Virus record (IMG/VR): IMGVR_UViG_3300030207_001615
Coordinates: 1-24,949 of that record
Origin: a virus
Taxonomy: Duplodnaviria > Caudoviricetes
DNA: 24,949 bases
Direction: 5' to 3' (one strand)
Both the position numbers and the translations under genes were made by a program. The stretch's first letter is position 1. Each line of letters starts with the position of its first letter. The notes beneath the pieces are model-generated. The model did no database searches and was not told the origin of the DNA. It was given only the letters and a program-made list of their open reading frames with translations. Positions 15,689 through 24,632 of this stretch are shown here, in pieces.

Positions 15689-18600
15689 TATGTACCCCTA
15701 TTTTGCTGTGTTCTGTTACGCCGTCCTCTTAACCCAATATTTTCTAACTGTTCTTCTGCTTCCCTTGCTTTTTCTACTGCGCTTTTATCACTTTGCAAAG
15801 TCTCTAATAAGGCTTGAGACACAGACGTTCCTTCGTATCTACGCGCAATTTCTAAATACTGTCTGATTCTATCCAATGGACTATCAGCATCTGTGTTTTC
15901 TTTAACCTGTTCAAATTCTTCCTGTATGTCGTTTACAATTTCATCTTGTGTCGGGCCAAAATCTTCACCCAATCTCCGTGTCAATGCTTCAGCAAGCGCA
16001 TCAGTGCGACCTTCAAGCTCTGGGTCAGATGCAGCCAGTATACTTCCGATCAAATCTTGTTCTGCTTGTCTACCTGCCAATGTGATGTCATCGTCCAACT
16101 GACCCGTCAGACCAGCGGTGCGTAGGCGGCTTTCAAGCGTTTCTGTAGGATCGGCTGTATCGCCCTCTTCGCGGAACCTACCCGTAGCGCCAGCCCTACC
16201 CAATGCGCGGTTCAGCGCCTCGTTCTTTAGGCTGCTTTCAATGGCTTGCCGCTGAATGGTGTCTACCGTGCCTATACCCCTTCTTTCTGTATCAAACCTG
16301 CCAGTTACACCCGCTTCAGATATGCGTCGAGCCAAATCTCTGTCGCGTTCGTCTGCGGTCATACCGCCTTCAAAACGACCTGTTGCATCAGCCCTTGCCA
16401 AATCCATACGCAACGCTTGCTCTTGGGCTTGTAATGTATCTCGATCTTGGAATTGGCCCGTCAGACCTGCTCTGGTTACATCACGGCCCAACTCGCTGGT
16501 GGCTATATCTTGCGTCCCAATATCTTCCCTCAAATCTTGTTCGCGTTTAGCAAGATTCATCCGCTGACGTTGTTCCTGTGCGGCCAGCGTATCTACTCCT
16601 TGAAACTGCCCTGTTTGTCCAGCGCGAGTTACATCACGGGCCAGTGCTGTATCTAAGAGTCGATCTGCTCCTATGCGCTCTTCTAACGACTGACCGCGTT
16701 GCGCTATGTCCATAGATGACCGTGCTTGGTCGAAAGCTGACGCATCTCGCAAATCACCCTGTCTGCGTTGGGCGGCGGCTGCTTCTAACGCTAATCGGTT
16801 ACGCTCGTTACCCTCTGCCATGCGTGTCAGCGCGGCTGCTGTATCACCACCGCCCCGTAATACGCCGTAACGGGATAATTGTTCGACCAAGCCTTGTTGT
16901 GCTTCTTGCTGGCGTAGCTGCTGGTCAGCTATCTGCGAGGCAAGAATAGGATCATTGGCAGCGTCAATACGGCCCATGTATGCTTGTTCTAAACGATCTT
17001 GTAGCGTCCCAGACGGTCTTTGCCCTGCCTGTCTGCGTAACTGCTCTGCACCCCTATTGTAGCGCGATCCACGGGCAGCGAATGTTTCTAACCCTGCGTC
17101 CTGTCTACGAGCTAAGTTTTCTAATCCAGCTGCGTTCGGATTAAACTCTGGTGAGGCAGCAAATGTTCTCAAGCCGTCATCGCCTTGCCTTGCAGCCATA
17201 TCAGCCTGTTCGCGTAATTGCTTTTCAAGGTCTTGGTCAACATCAAACCTTTCAAGAATTTCGGGTGGTTCAAATGGGGTTTCACCTGTGCTTACATTGC
17301 GGTAATCATCTGCGGTTCTTATCTGTCTTACAGGCCGTCTACTCCCTAAAGTTTCAGCAAGCCTATCGTTGAATTGTAAATTCATACGATCCTCTATTGC
17401 TTGCTTGGCTGCTCTTTCTTGTGCTTCAGCAGCTTCCCTTGCTTGACGTTCTTGAGCCTGTCTTTCATCACGCGCTGTTAATTCTCCACTAAGTATACGA
17501 GCATAATCGTCAGCAGTGACTTTATCAGCGTCTATCGCTTCCCGTATAGATTGTGTTTCGCCCCGTAGAATATTTTGATAATCGTCTGCTGTCATGCGGT
17601 CTTGGTTAAACGCGCTGGTTATACGATCTTCCGCACCACTGAGCAACCTATTGTAATCATCTGCTGTAACGATGGAATCTCTTATATCTTGGGTTTCGCC
17701 GCGCAAGATATTTTGGTAATCATCGGCGGTCATCCGATCTGCATTGATCGCGCTTGTTATGCGATCTTCCGCACCACTAAGAAGCCTGTTATAATCATCC
17801 GCTGTGACTATAGCATCTCTTATACCTTGTGTTTCACCTCGCAAGATGTTCTGGTAATCATCTGCGGTCATTCTACCTTGATTTACTGCCTCTACAATCC
17901 GATCACCTTGACCACTTAACAACCTATTGTAATCGTCTGCCGTTACTATGGCATCTCGAATATCCTGTGTCTCACCTCGTAGAATATTTTGGTAGTCATC
18001 AGCGGTCATTGTTGGTCGAGGAGCTTGTGCATCTGCCATTGACGGCAAATCTCGCGGTGCAGATGTGGCTACTTCTGTAGATTGACCCGTAGGCGTTACA
18101 GTATCATCAAAAGTATTGTTGGGGGTACTTGTTCCACTTGCATAAGGGTCAAAAGGAGCAGATTGAGTTTCGGTTCTCGGAGTACTTGTTCCGCTTGCAT
18201 AAGGATCGACCACCGTAGGTGTGTCTCTTGGCGTTACAACTGGAACTTCTGTAGACCTACCAGTAGGAGTAACTGTATCATCAAAAGCATTGTTGGGAGT
18301 GCTTGTCCCAGCCGTACCTCTTGATATAGCAGAGTAATCACTTGCTGTCATCGTAGGTTGAGCAGCAGGTGCTACGGGGGGTGTGCCTCTTGATATGGCA
18401 GCATAGTCACTCGCCGATGTGGGCGGCTGAACACCCGTGTTGCCGCTATTCATCTGTGATGCTTGCCTATACTGCTCTGGGGTCATACTGCCCTGCGGCA
18501 ACACCCTTGTTTGATTTGGCGCAGGTGCAGTTACGCCACCGCTTGAGAGCGCGGAATAATCACTTGCCGACATAGGCGGCGGCGGTGGAGGCGGCGGCGG

Positions 18601-18909
18601 TTGGTTAAATGGGACAGGGCTGCCGCTGGCCGTTTTACCTTGAGTCTCTTCTTGAAACGCACCGGGGGCATCCGTATTTACGCCCGTTGGAGTTACAGTG
18701 TCATCAAAACCTGCGCCAGTAGACCCACTTGCAATTGCGTTTGTTATAGGATCTTGCAACTGAGGCGTACTACTACCACTTGCATACGGGTTGTAAGGCG
18801 CAGCAGGTTTTATTGTTGCAGGCGGTTTAGGAGCCAATACTCGCCTTCTACTATTAGTAGGCGTACGCCGCCTGTAATTTGACCCACCAGCAAATGAACT
18901 TACAGCCAT
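15688..18909 (-). CDS. large repeat-rich putative virion protein
   Basis: 1073 aa; P/T-rich N-third, TADDY repeats, AGxTGxF repeats; TAATG coupled to the nozzle and the next gene. Confidence 0.75.
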   Translation of the reverse strand: MAVSSFAGGSNYRRRTPTNSRRRVLAPKPPATIKPAAPYNPYASGSSTPQLQDPITNAIASGSTGAGFDDTVTPTGVNTDAPGAFQEETQGKTASGSPVPFNQPPPPPPPPPMSASDYSALSSGGVTAPAPNQTRVLPQGSMTPEQYRQASQMNSGNTGVQPPTSASDYAAISRGTPPVAPAAQPTMTASDYSAISRGTAGTSTPNNAFDDTVTPTGRSTEVPVVTPRDTPTVVDPYASGTSTPRTETQSAPFDPYASGTSTPNNTFDDTVTPTGQSTEVATSAPRDLPSMADAQAPRPTMTADDYQNILRGETQDIRDAIVTADDYNRLLSGQGDRIVEAVNQGRMTADDYQNILRGETQGIRDAIVTADDYNRLLSGAEDRITSAINADRMTADDYQNILRGETQDIRDSIVTADDYNRLLSGAEDRITSAFNQDRMTADDYQNILRGETQSIREAIDADKVTADDYARILSGELTARDERQAQERQAREAAEAQERAAKQAIEDRMNLQFNDRLAETLGSRRPVRQIRTADDYRNVSTGETPFEPPEILERFDVDQDLEKQLREQADMAARQGDDGLRTFAASPEFNPNAAGLENLARRQDAGLETFAARGSRYNRGAEQLRRQAGQRPSGTLQDRLEQAYMGRIDAANDPILASQIADQQLRQQEAQQGLVEQLSRYGVLRGGGDTAAALTRMAEGNERNRLALEAAAAQRRQGDLRDASAFDQARSSMDIAQRGQSLEERIGADRLLDTALARDVTRAGQTGQFQGVDTLAAQEQRQRMNLAKREQDLREDIGTQDIATSELGRDVTRAGLTGQFQDRDTLQAQEQALRMDLARADATGRFEGGMTADERDRDLARRISEAGVTGRFDTERRGIGTVDTIQRQAIESSLKNEALNRALGRAGATGRFREEGDTADPTETLESRLRTAGLTGQLDDDITLAGRQAEQDLIGSILAASDPELEGRTDALAEALTRRLGEDFGPTQDEIVNDIQEEFEQVKENTDADSPLDRIRQYLEIARRYEGTSVSQALLETLQSDKSAVEKAREAEEQLENIGLRGRRNRTQQNRGT
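17485..18009 (-). repeat. coding tandem repeat with 138 nt (46 aa) period
   Basis: Alternating TADDYQNILRGETQxIRDxIV (21 aa) and TADDYNRLLSG...RM (25 aa); eight tandem TADDY motifs. Confidence 0.9.
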
Positions 18910-20408
18910 TATTCTATTCCCGTTGTGCGTTTGCGCGTCAAGCCGATTGGCTTGTATTGCAGATTGGTGCGGCGAATTGTAAACGTCTCGTCATCGTTAA
19001 AATTGCTGAACCGCAGCTTAGTGCGCGGATCGTATCCGAACAGATCACTGTCCGTGGTCAGTGCAGTTACATCGCTCTGTAGAACGCTTGCATCCAGTGT
19101 AAACGTAGTGTTCAACGTAGCGCCCAGATCACCCATCTGTATCGTTTCGACGTTGCTCACTATCGACGCAGAGGTTTGGGTTACACTTAAATCGAAATCG
19201 CCTGTATTGTCGAACAATGTGCGATTGTAGAGCCAACGACACTGAACAGCATCGCCCAAAGGAGCCAAACTCGCAGTTTCAAAAAATGCCTTGATAGCTG
19301 ACCCGTCATCGTTGTTACCTGTCTCATGTTTCTGAATGTGACCTGCAAAATCGCCAGCGTGGGGTAACTCGTCGATCATAGCCGCAGCGTTGCGCGTAAA
19401 CCCATTATACGGGCCAAACCAACAGTTAAGACGGTTACTATATATAACCACGCTGTTCATCTGCGTTTGTGATGCGCCAAAGGGCAGAAAGAACCACACC
19501 TGCTCTTCGGCTGGGTAAAACAGTGCGAACGAATACGGCAATCGCGCACTGTTGAGATTAGGCCAATACCCGTCGTCCAACGCAAAGCTGATCTTTTCAA
19601 CAGCGGGGCCACCTGTCCACTGGTAGATGCCATCTTCTCTGACAAACAACTGACGCTCACCGGGTATAGTTACAATCGTTCGGCCAGCAATCGTTCCGCG
19701 CTGTGTGCGTTGCTGCTGGCTAAACGGTATAGTAGAGTTACCCGTAGGCGTGAGGGTGTGTATGCCCTGCTCGGTATGCACTGACAATGTGCTTTGGAAG
19801 GGCGAAAGCCCAGTTACATCGTAACCAAAGGCGTGGTAGTTAAGCGCACCCCATGTTTCTATATCACCCGCATCTGATCGCCATACTCGGTCTGGCACGG
19901 TGTTGGTGTTACCAACCCAGAGACGGTTTTCCCAAAATGCTATATGGTTCGGCTTGGTAAACCGCGAATCATCATCTAATGCAGCTGCGTTGTTACTACC
20001 ACCCGTCCATTTAATGGCATCGGTGTCTTGGCCGTTTACTGCGACCAATGTATCGCCAGCCAACACCCATTGCCATGTATAGTCGTTGCCAGCCGTAATC
20101 GTTGTGCTGCCTGTTCGATCTGTAGCAGACCCACCTGTAACGTCAAAGAATTTGTTACCGCAAAAAGCAAACACCTTTTCTGCGCCAGCCAGTGTAACTT
20201 GACCCAATGCCGTAACCGTAGCACCGCTATTCATTGCACTGCTGTTGAATTTCACAAATCCTTTGCGCTTAGATACCTCACCCGCCAAACCTACAGTGCA
20301 ATTTTGCATATCATGGATGCCAGACGGAGATAAATCCTCGGCTGGAACACTGTAGTTTACCCCATCTCTCCAAGGGCCAAGGCGTAAAGATTCAGCAGCT
20401 ATTGGCAT
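18909..20408 (-). CDS. tail nozzle / virion stabilisation protein (beta-propeller; P22 gp10 / T7 gp12 position)
   Basis: 499 aa, beta-rich; GEVSKRKGF, FWENRLWVG, RVWRSD, DGIYQW motifs; follows the adaptor. Confidence 0.8.
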   Translation of the reverse strand: MPIAAESLRLGPWRDGVNYSVPAEDLSPSGIHDMQNCTVGLAGEVSKRKGFVKFNSSAMNSGATVTALGQVTLAGAEKVFAFCGNKFFDVTGGSATDRTGSTTITAGNDYTWQWVLAGDTLVAVNGQDTDAIKWTGGSNNAAALDDDSRFTKPNHIAFWENRLWVGNTNTVPDRVWRSDAGDIETWGALNYHAFGYDVTGLSPFQSTLSVHTEQGIHTLTPTGNSTIPFSQQQRTQRGTIAGRTIVTIPGERQLFVREDGIYQWTGGPAVEKISFALDDGYWPNLNSARLPYSFALFYPAEEQVWFFLPFGASQTQMNSVVIYSNRLNCWFGPYNGFTRNAAAMIDELPHAGDFAGHIQKHETGNNDDGSAIKAFFETASLAPLGDAVQCRWLYNRTLFDNTGDFDLSVTQTSASIVSNVETIQMGDLGATLNTTFTLDASVLQSDVTALTTDSDLFGYDPRTKLRFSNFNDDETFTIRRTNLQYKPIGLTRKRTTGIE

Positions 20409-21106
20409 TAGCTTAATGACCCCTCTGTCGGATAAAAGCTAAACTGTGAAGATGAGTCGTCGTCCGAGCGGCGCATACGAAATTTACGGTTACCTTGGAC
20501 GCTAAGATTCTGTCTGGAGGCGATAGCTACTATACGCTCCATTTCATTTCGATCTACGCCAGCGCCTTGGTCATCACCTTTTTCTTGTTTAAAAAGTGAC
20601 GTAATGCCGTAGATCAGTGCTGGCTGTATAACTGGGGGGTAATACTGATTAATCGAATTGTTGTCTTCTAACTCTACAAACTCTGGTATTTGTCGATAGT
20701 AGCGATACCCAATGCTGTCTACACCATCTGGCGTGGGGTATAATGATACTTGTATCGCACCATTAGTGTCTATGCCGTTAATAGCTACAAAGCGAGGATC
20801 ACCATCAATGCTGGAGTCTGGATCAGCAGCGTCAATATCTTGGGTGCTTTGTATGACAATTACATGATTCTCAGTTACATTGCGAAATGAAAGTGGCGTC
20901 AACACATCAGTTTCTAATGAATAAGTCTGCGTGTCTGCAACCGTATTAAATGTAGCTGATTTAAAAAGCCAATTCCATTGTTCCCGGCTTTGTATATCTT
21001 TGCCGACAAGATTTAGATAGTCACGCGCACTATTTTTAAACGTCGAACTGTTTGTATTTAGCCCAACGCGCCGTAATGCTATCTGCAAAATCTCAATGTT
21101 TGTCAT
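20408..21106 (-). CDS. head-tail adaptor (tail tubular protein A-like)
   Basis: MTNIEILQIALRR...LN...WNWL...TYSL...G.P...LYPTPD...ALIYG pattern; position before the nozzle. Confidence 0.8.
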   Translation of the reverse strand: MTNIEILQIALRRVGLNTNSSTFKNSARDYLNLVGKDIQSREQWNWLFKSATFNTVADTQTYSLETDVLTPLSFRNVTENHVIVIQSTQDIDAADPDSSIDGDPRFVAINGIDTNGAIQVSLYPTPDGVDSIGYRYYRQIPEFVELEDNNSINQYYPPVIQPALIYGITSLFKQEKGDDQGAGVDRNEMERIVAIASRQNLSVQGNRKFRMRRSDDDSSSQFSFYPTEGSLS

Positions 21107-21345
21107 CCTAAAACGGCAGCCCTCATATCAACCCATGAGCCGTTTTCGTAACCTTGAAATTTATTCAGCGTACTGTTATAGATCAACATCCCGTTCGCTG
21201 CTGTCAACGCATCTCGTTCTGTCGTTGTTAATGATGGAACGGTAAACGATGCGCCAAATGTAACTGTATCGGCTTGCAACACTCCAAAAAGTGCAGCGTC
21301 ACCAAAGAACGCAGCGGCGTTTACTTGACCTAATGATTCAGTCAC
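21103..21345 (-). CDS. small virion protein with a single fibre-type beta module
   Basis: VPSLTTTERDAL...GMLIYNSTLNKFQGYENGSW motif; ATGA overlap with the adaptor gene. Confidence 0.7.
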   Translation of the reverse strand: MTESLGQVNAAAFFGDAALFGVLQADTVTFGASFTVPSLTTTERDALTAANGMLIYNSTLNKFQGYENGSWVDMRAAVLG

Positions 21346-21348
21346 TGG

Positions 21349-21768
21349 TTACATCTCAGCACCCTCTGCAATCTGGTCAAGATCGTATTCAGACAAGTTA
21401 TCGCCATTGTCATCTAACCAGCGATTAGTCCAAATTTCAACGGCTTCGGGGCCGCGATCTGAAACCCGCGCAGGGGGTGAAGGCACAAAACCCGGTATAT
21501 GGGTTACCTCACCTACAGCCCTAACATGATTTCGCACTTGGCTGTTGGTGACTTTGGATCGGCGCTGACGGGTGTGCGTTTTATCCAGATCGAGCGCCTT
21601 GCGAATTGCATCCTTCGTTTCGTCGCTGCCCTTTAAAATTAACTGGGCAACTTGCTCTGGCGTAACGCTGGCTGCGTCTTCTTTTGGCGCAGGTTTAGCC
21701 GTTTGTGCCGCTTCCGTTGCTTCTGCTACTTCTGCTGACAGGGTATGCTGCTGCATACGTTTTGCCAT
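21349..21768 (-). CDS. hypothetical protein in the head module
   Basis: 139 aa with SD AAGGA; co-oriented in the late operon. Confidence 0.7.
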   Translation of the reverse strand: MAKRMQQHTLSAEVAEATEAAQTAKPAPKEDAASVTPEQVAQLILKGSDETKDAIRKALDLDKTHTRQRRSKVTNSQVRNHVRAVGEVTHIPGFVPSPPARVSDRGPEAVEIWTNRWLDDNGDNLSEYDLDQIAEGAEM

Positions 21769-21790
21769 TGTTTATTCCTTGTAAGATAAC

Positions 21791-21860
21791 GTGGTGGAGC
21801 AGTTTCCACGGATAGCCGTTGAGCAGCCTTTTGCTCACTACAACCAAACTGCTCCACCAC
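21791..21860 (-). other. three-way-junction stem-loop after the capsid genes
   Basis: Perfect 15 bp inverted repeat (21791-21805 / 21846-21860) enclosing two hairpins, ACGG/CCGT and TGAGCA/TGCTCA. Confidence 0.75.
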
Positions 21861-21873
21861 CATTTATTTAGTT

Positions 21874-22338
21874 TTAGAAATTGCCCAGCAAATACACTGG
21901 AGCCGTAGTGGGCGAACCAGAGTCATCAGCTAATGCAAATCCAAAAACCTGCTCTTCTTCACCGTCAGCCATAGTATCTGCACGGCCATCAGCACCGCTG
22001 TCAGCTACAACAGCTTCGCCAGCTGCAACGCTACCGTCTGTAAAGACCGTAGCTACGCCAGCAATCTGCATAAAGCAATAAGGCGTTGCAGAAACATCTA
22101 CTGCACCCAACGCTATGCCGACACCGCGAAGTGCCTTCTGCGATCCGCCAGACACATCGGGCGTAAACTCAGTGCCGTCTGTACTGGCAGGGGTAAGTAC
22201 GTATCCCGTAAGCAGATCAACTGCATCTGCGATCTTAACCCACTTATACTTCTTACCATCTGGGCTGTCAAAAATGTTGCCAACGCCATGATCATCCGTA
22301 GCGGAGGTGGTCGTTGGAGAGGCGTGTAAAATTGCCAT
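21874..22338 (-). CDS. capsid cement/decoration protein
   Basis: 154 aa directly after the major capsid gene; GIALGAV...FMQIAGVATV...VAAGEAV...VFGFAL pattern. Confidence 0.7.
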   Translation of the reverse strand: MAILHASPTTTSATDDHGVGNIFDSPDGKKYKWVKIADAVDLLTGYVLTPASTDGTEFTPDVSGGSQKALRGVGIALGAVDVSATPYCFMQIAGVATVFTDGSVAAGEAVVADSGADGRADTMADGEEEQVFGFALADDSGSPTTAPVYLLGNF

Positions 22339-22351
22339 TGTCTAACCCTCC

Positions 22352-23341
22352 CTAAGCCGTAATGTTGTGAATGACGCCTTGACGACGACGATTGTTTGTC
22401 GTGATCTGAAGACCAACAACGATAAAACCAACTTTCGCCATCTGATTGCTTGGCTCCTTGAACGGAGTTTTGGCAAAATTCATTCCGGCTTGCATGTGCA
22501 TTTTAAGATAATTGGTATTAAGAAAATACATCTTACCCGAAGCGCAATCGCGGTCATACTGCACCGGGATGCCCCGGAAAGAAGGCAAGCGACCATCAAC
22601 GCCCGGAGCATCATTGCCACTCAAACGCTGGTAACCCGTGCCTTCAAAAATTTCCTCAAACGAAGCGTAAATATCGTTTGTGGTAAAAATGTGCGTAGGC
22701 TGCTCATTGCCCTCGGAAACATCATTCCAAAGCGATGCCATGCGGAGCATACCTTGATAGAAATTCGTTCCAGTGATGGTTTTGAACGAAGTATCCGATG
22801 TGGCATTGTTGGTCTTATTCTGCCACCAAGAGTTACCGCTGATCGTAATACCACCCAAAGTAGTCGGGCTACTGGTAGGATCATCAGCAATAATATCTTG
22901 GAATCCCAACGGTGCTTTGCCCGTCTGGGCGCTATACAACGAAGCGTTGATCTGGTCGCGGAGCGTAAGCATAGACTGACGAGTCTTTGCTTCAAGCAGC
23001 TTCATAGCCGCATCACTCTTGCGATTTTCCATCTCTTCGGTGTAATTAATTGTAATAGGCACTGCTGCATAACGAAACGGGTAAAACGCTGCCGTAATAC
23101 CGTCTACAGCGTCCGTATTAAGAACGTCGTAACCGCTAAAATACTGTGCGCTGTTACCAGCATACATAAGGTCGCACTGAATTTCTTTGCCGCCATTTTC
23201 AGTAATCAAAGCGCCATCAGAGCGGAACATTTCAAGCGTAGGATAGGCTTGAAAAAAGTTATCCGTAAGCTCCTTACGCTTGGCTCGCATGGTTAGCGTC
23301 CAAGCGGCATCCCAAGTTTCTGTCGTAGTCGTCGCTGACAT
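22352..23341 (-). CDS. major capsid protein (podovirus type, HK97 fold inferred)
   Basis: 329 aa; LTDNFF...GGKEI...FSGYDVL...AAVPITI...E..EN, LGGI...WWQN, F.GIPV.YD, MYFLNTNYL, NRRRQG motifs; follows the scaffold. Confidence 0.9.
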   Translation of the reverse strand: MSATTTTETWDAAWTLTMRAKRKELTDNFFQAYPTLEMFRSDGALITENGGKEIQCDLMYAGNSAQYFSGYDVLNTDAVDGITAAFYPFRYAAVPITINYTEEMENRKSDAAMKLLEAKTRQSMLTLRDQINASLYSAQTGKAPLGFQDIIADDPTSSPTTLGGITISGNSWWQNKTNNATSDTSFKTITGTNFYQGMLRMASLWNDVSEGNEQPTHIFTTNDIYASFEEIFEGTGYQRLSGNDAPGVDGRLPSFRGIPVQYDRDCASGKMYFLNTNYLKMHMQAGMNFAKTPFKEPSNQMAKVGFIVVGLQITTNNRRRQGVIHNITA

Positions 23342-23354
23342 TGTTAATTATCCT

Positions 23355-24224
23355 CTAATCGAATCCTAAATTGGCTAATCCCGACAACACTTCGTTATCG
23401 GACATTGGGCCAGTTTCCTCACTTGCATCTACTCCAGACGATGAACGCACAGCACGTTTGCTGGATTTACGAGCTTGGCTATCGTTTTGCCGTAACTCAG
23501 CAGCTTTTTGTGCAGTTATACCAGCATGTAACTCATACGCCTCTCTAACTGTATAAGGTTGCCCTGTTTGCGGGTTGTTAATGCGAACAGTAGCTACAAT
23601 CTGATCGGTGTAATTATCTAAATCTTGCCCATACTCACCACGCGCTTCTTGTACCTGCGAATCTATGTAAGCTGTTTGCTGGCCTTGAACGTACTGGTTT
23701 GCATGAGACAGCTGCTGTTGTAACTGCGCGACTTGGTTTTGCATCTGCTGCATCTGTGTGCCAACTCTATGCTGAATAATTTGCTCGACAGCATCAATGC
23801 CCCGCGCATCTTCATCAGATAGATTATTCCGCATTTCCTGTATAGGATCAATCTGCGGCTGCTGTGGCACAGCAACTTGCTGCACACGGTTTGCCCACTC
23901 ACCCTGTTGGGCTTGTAGCTCTCGCCGTTGCTCGGCCAAATCTTGCTGTGTGCGCGTAAATTGCGCCTGTAAGTTTTTTGCAAGAGGGACTAACCCTCGG
24001 TATTGTTCTGGAACAGCTTCGGTATCGCCTCTCAGCCAATCGTGCTGTTCCGGGTCAAAATCCGATGTTTCGCCATTAGAGTTTCCATCACCGTTATCTC
24101 GTGCCGATGTTGGCGTGTCATCTGCAAACAGTTCAACCTCGTTGGTTGGCTGCTCACTGGATGAGCCAGTATCGGGTGACGAGTCTTCAGCGCCGGAGTC
24201 CAAGTCTAAAACAGCTTCGGACAT
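23355..24224 (-). CDS. putative scaffolding protein
   Basis: Acidic disordered N-terminus, LQAQFTRTQQDLAEQRR coiled coil, EAYE motif; immediately before the capsid gene; SD GAGGAG. Confidence 0.75.
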   Translation of the reverse strand: MSEAVLDLDSGAEDSSPDTGSSSEQPTNEVELFADDTPTSARDNGDGNSNGETSDFDPEQHDWLRGDTEAVPEQYRGLVPLAKNLQAQFTRTQQDLAEQRRELQAQQGEWANRVQQVAVPQQPQIDPIQEMRNNLSDEDARGIDAVEQIIQHRVGTQMQQMQNQVAQLQQQLSHANQYVQGQQTAYIDSQVQEARGEYGQDLDNYTDQIVATVRINNPQTGQPYTVREAYELHAGITAQKAAELRQNDSQARKSSKRAVRSSSGVDASEETGPMSDNEVLSGLANLGFD

Positions 24225-24227
24225 TGC

Positions 24228-24629
24228 TTACTTCTCCTCGTTGTATGCTTTTTCCGCAGCAGCGACCGCTTCTTCGGGCGTAGTCCCAAATCCAGCAGGT
24301 TCGGTATTGCTCGGAGCAGCATTGGTTATATCAGATCCTATGTGACAACGCGAACCACCAACGGGGTCGGCGGTTTCTTTTACGTTATATTTTTTTAATA
24401 GTTCTTGTTTGTGACTATACGACTCAACCACTTCTCCAAACCCAGCGTGAAACTTTCCATACATCCCAGAATGGGAATTGTGAATAAAGTTGCTGGTTAC
24501 AAAAATCATACGCGCCGTGCCGTCACACTGGTTACATGGTATAATGCGCTGTATCTGTGCGCTGGTAGCAGACGGCACATCTATTTGTCTGTGGCCGCAC
24601 TCTTTGCATTCATAATCGTGAAAAACCAT
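24228..24629 (-). CDS. FmdB-like zinc-ribbon protein
   Basis: DYECKECGH...IPCNQCDG (two CxxC pairs). Confidence 0.75.
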   Translation of the reverse strand: MVFHDYECKECGHRQIDVPSATSAQIQRIIPCNQCDGTARMIFVTSNFIHNSHSGMYGKFHAGFGEVVESYSHKQELLKKYNVKETADPVGGSRCHIGSDITNAAPSNTEPAGFGTTPEEAVAAAEKAYNEEK

Positions 24630-24632
24630 AGT

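Noticed and set aside
17485-18009. CRISPR-like array
   Set aside because: The repeats are in-frame coding units with synonymous variation and no unique spacers.
21843-21860. GGTGGAGCAGTTTGGT on the - strand resembles the D-arm of an initiator tRNA (tRNA gene or attP core)
   Set aside because: No T-arm (GTTC) or cloverleaf follows, the segment is one arm of a perfect inverted repeat, and no integrase is visible.
21791-21860. Hammerhead ribozyme reading of the three-way junction
   Set aside because: GAAAC is present but the CUGANGA core is absent on both strands.
22339-22360. Read-through or frameshift fusion of capsid to cement protein
   Set aside because: The 13 nt gap puts the genes out of frame, no slippery heptamer is evident, and the cement gene has its own SD (GGAGG).
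22367-23296. 309 aa + strand ORF antisense to the major capsid gene
   Set aside because: It lies wholly inside a well-supported gene, has no protein-like motifs, and long antisense frames are a common codon-bias shadow.
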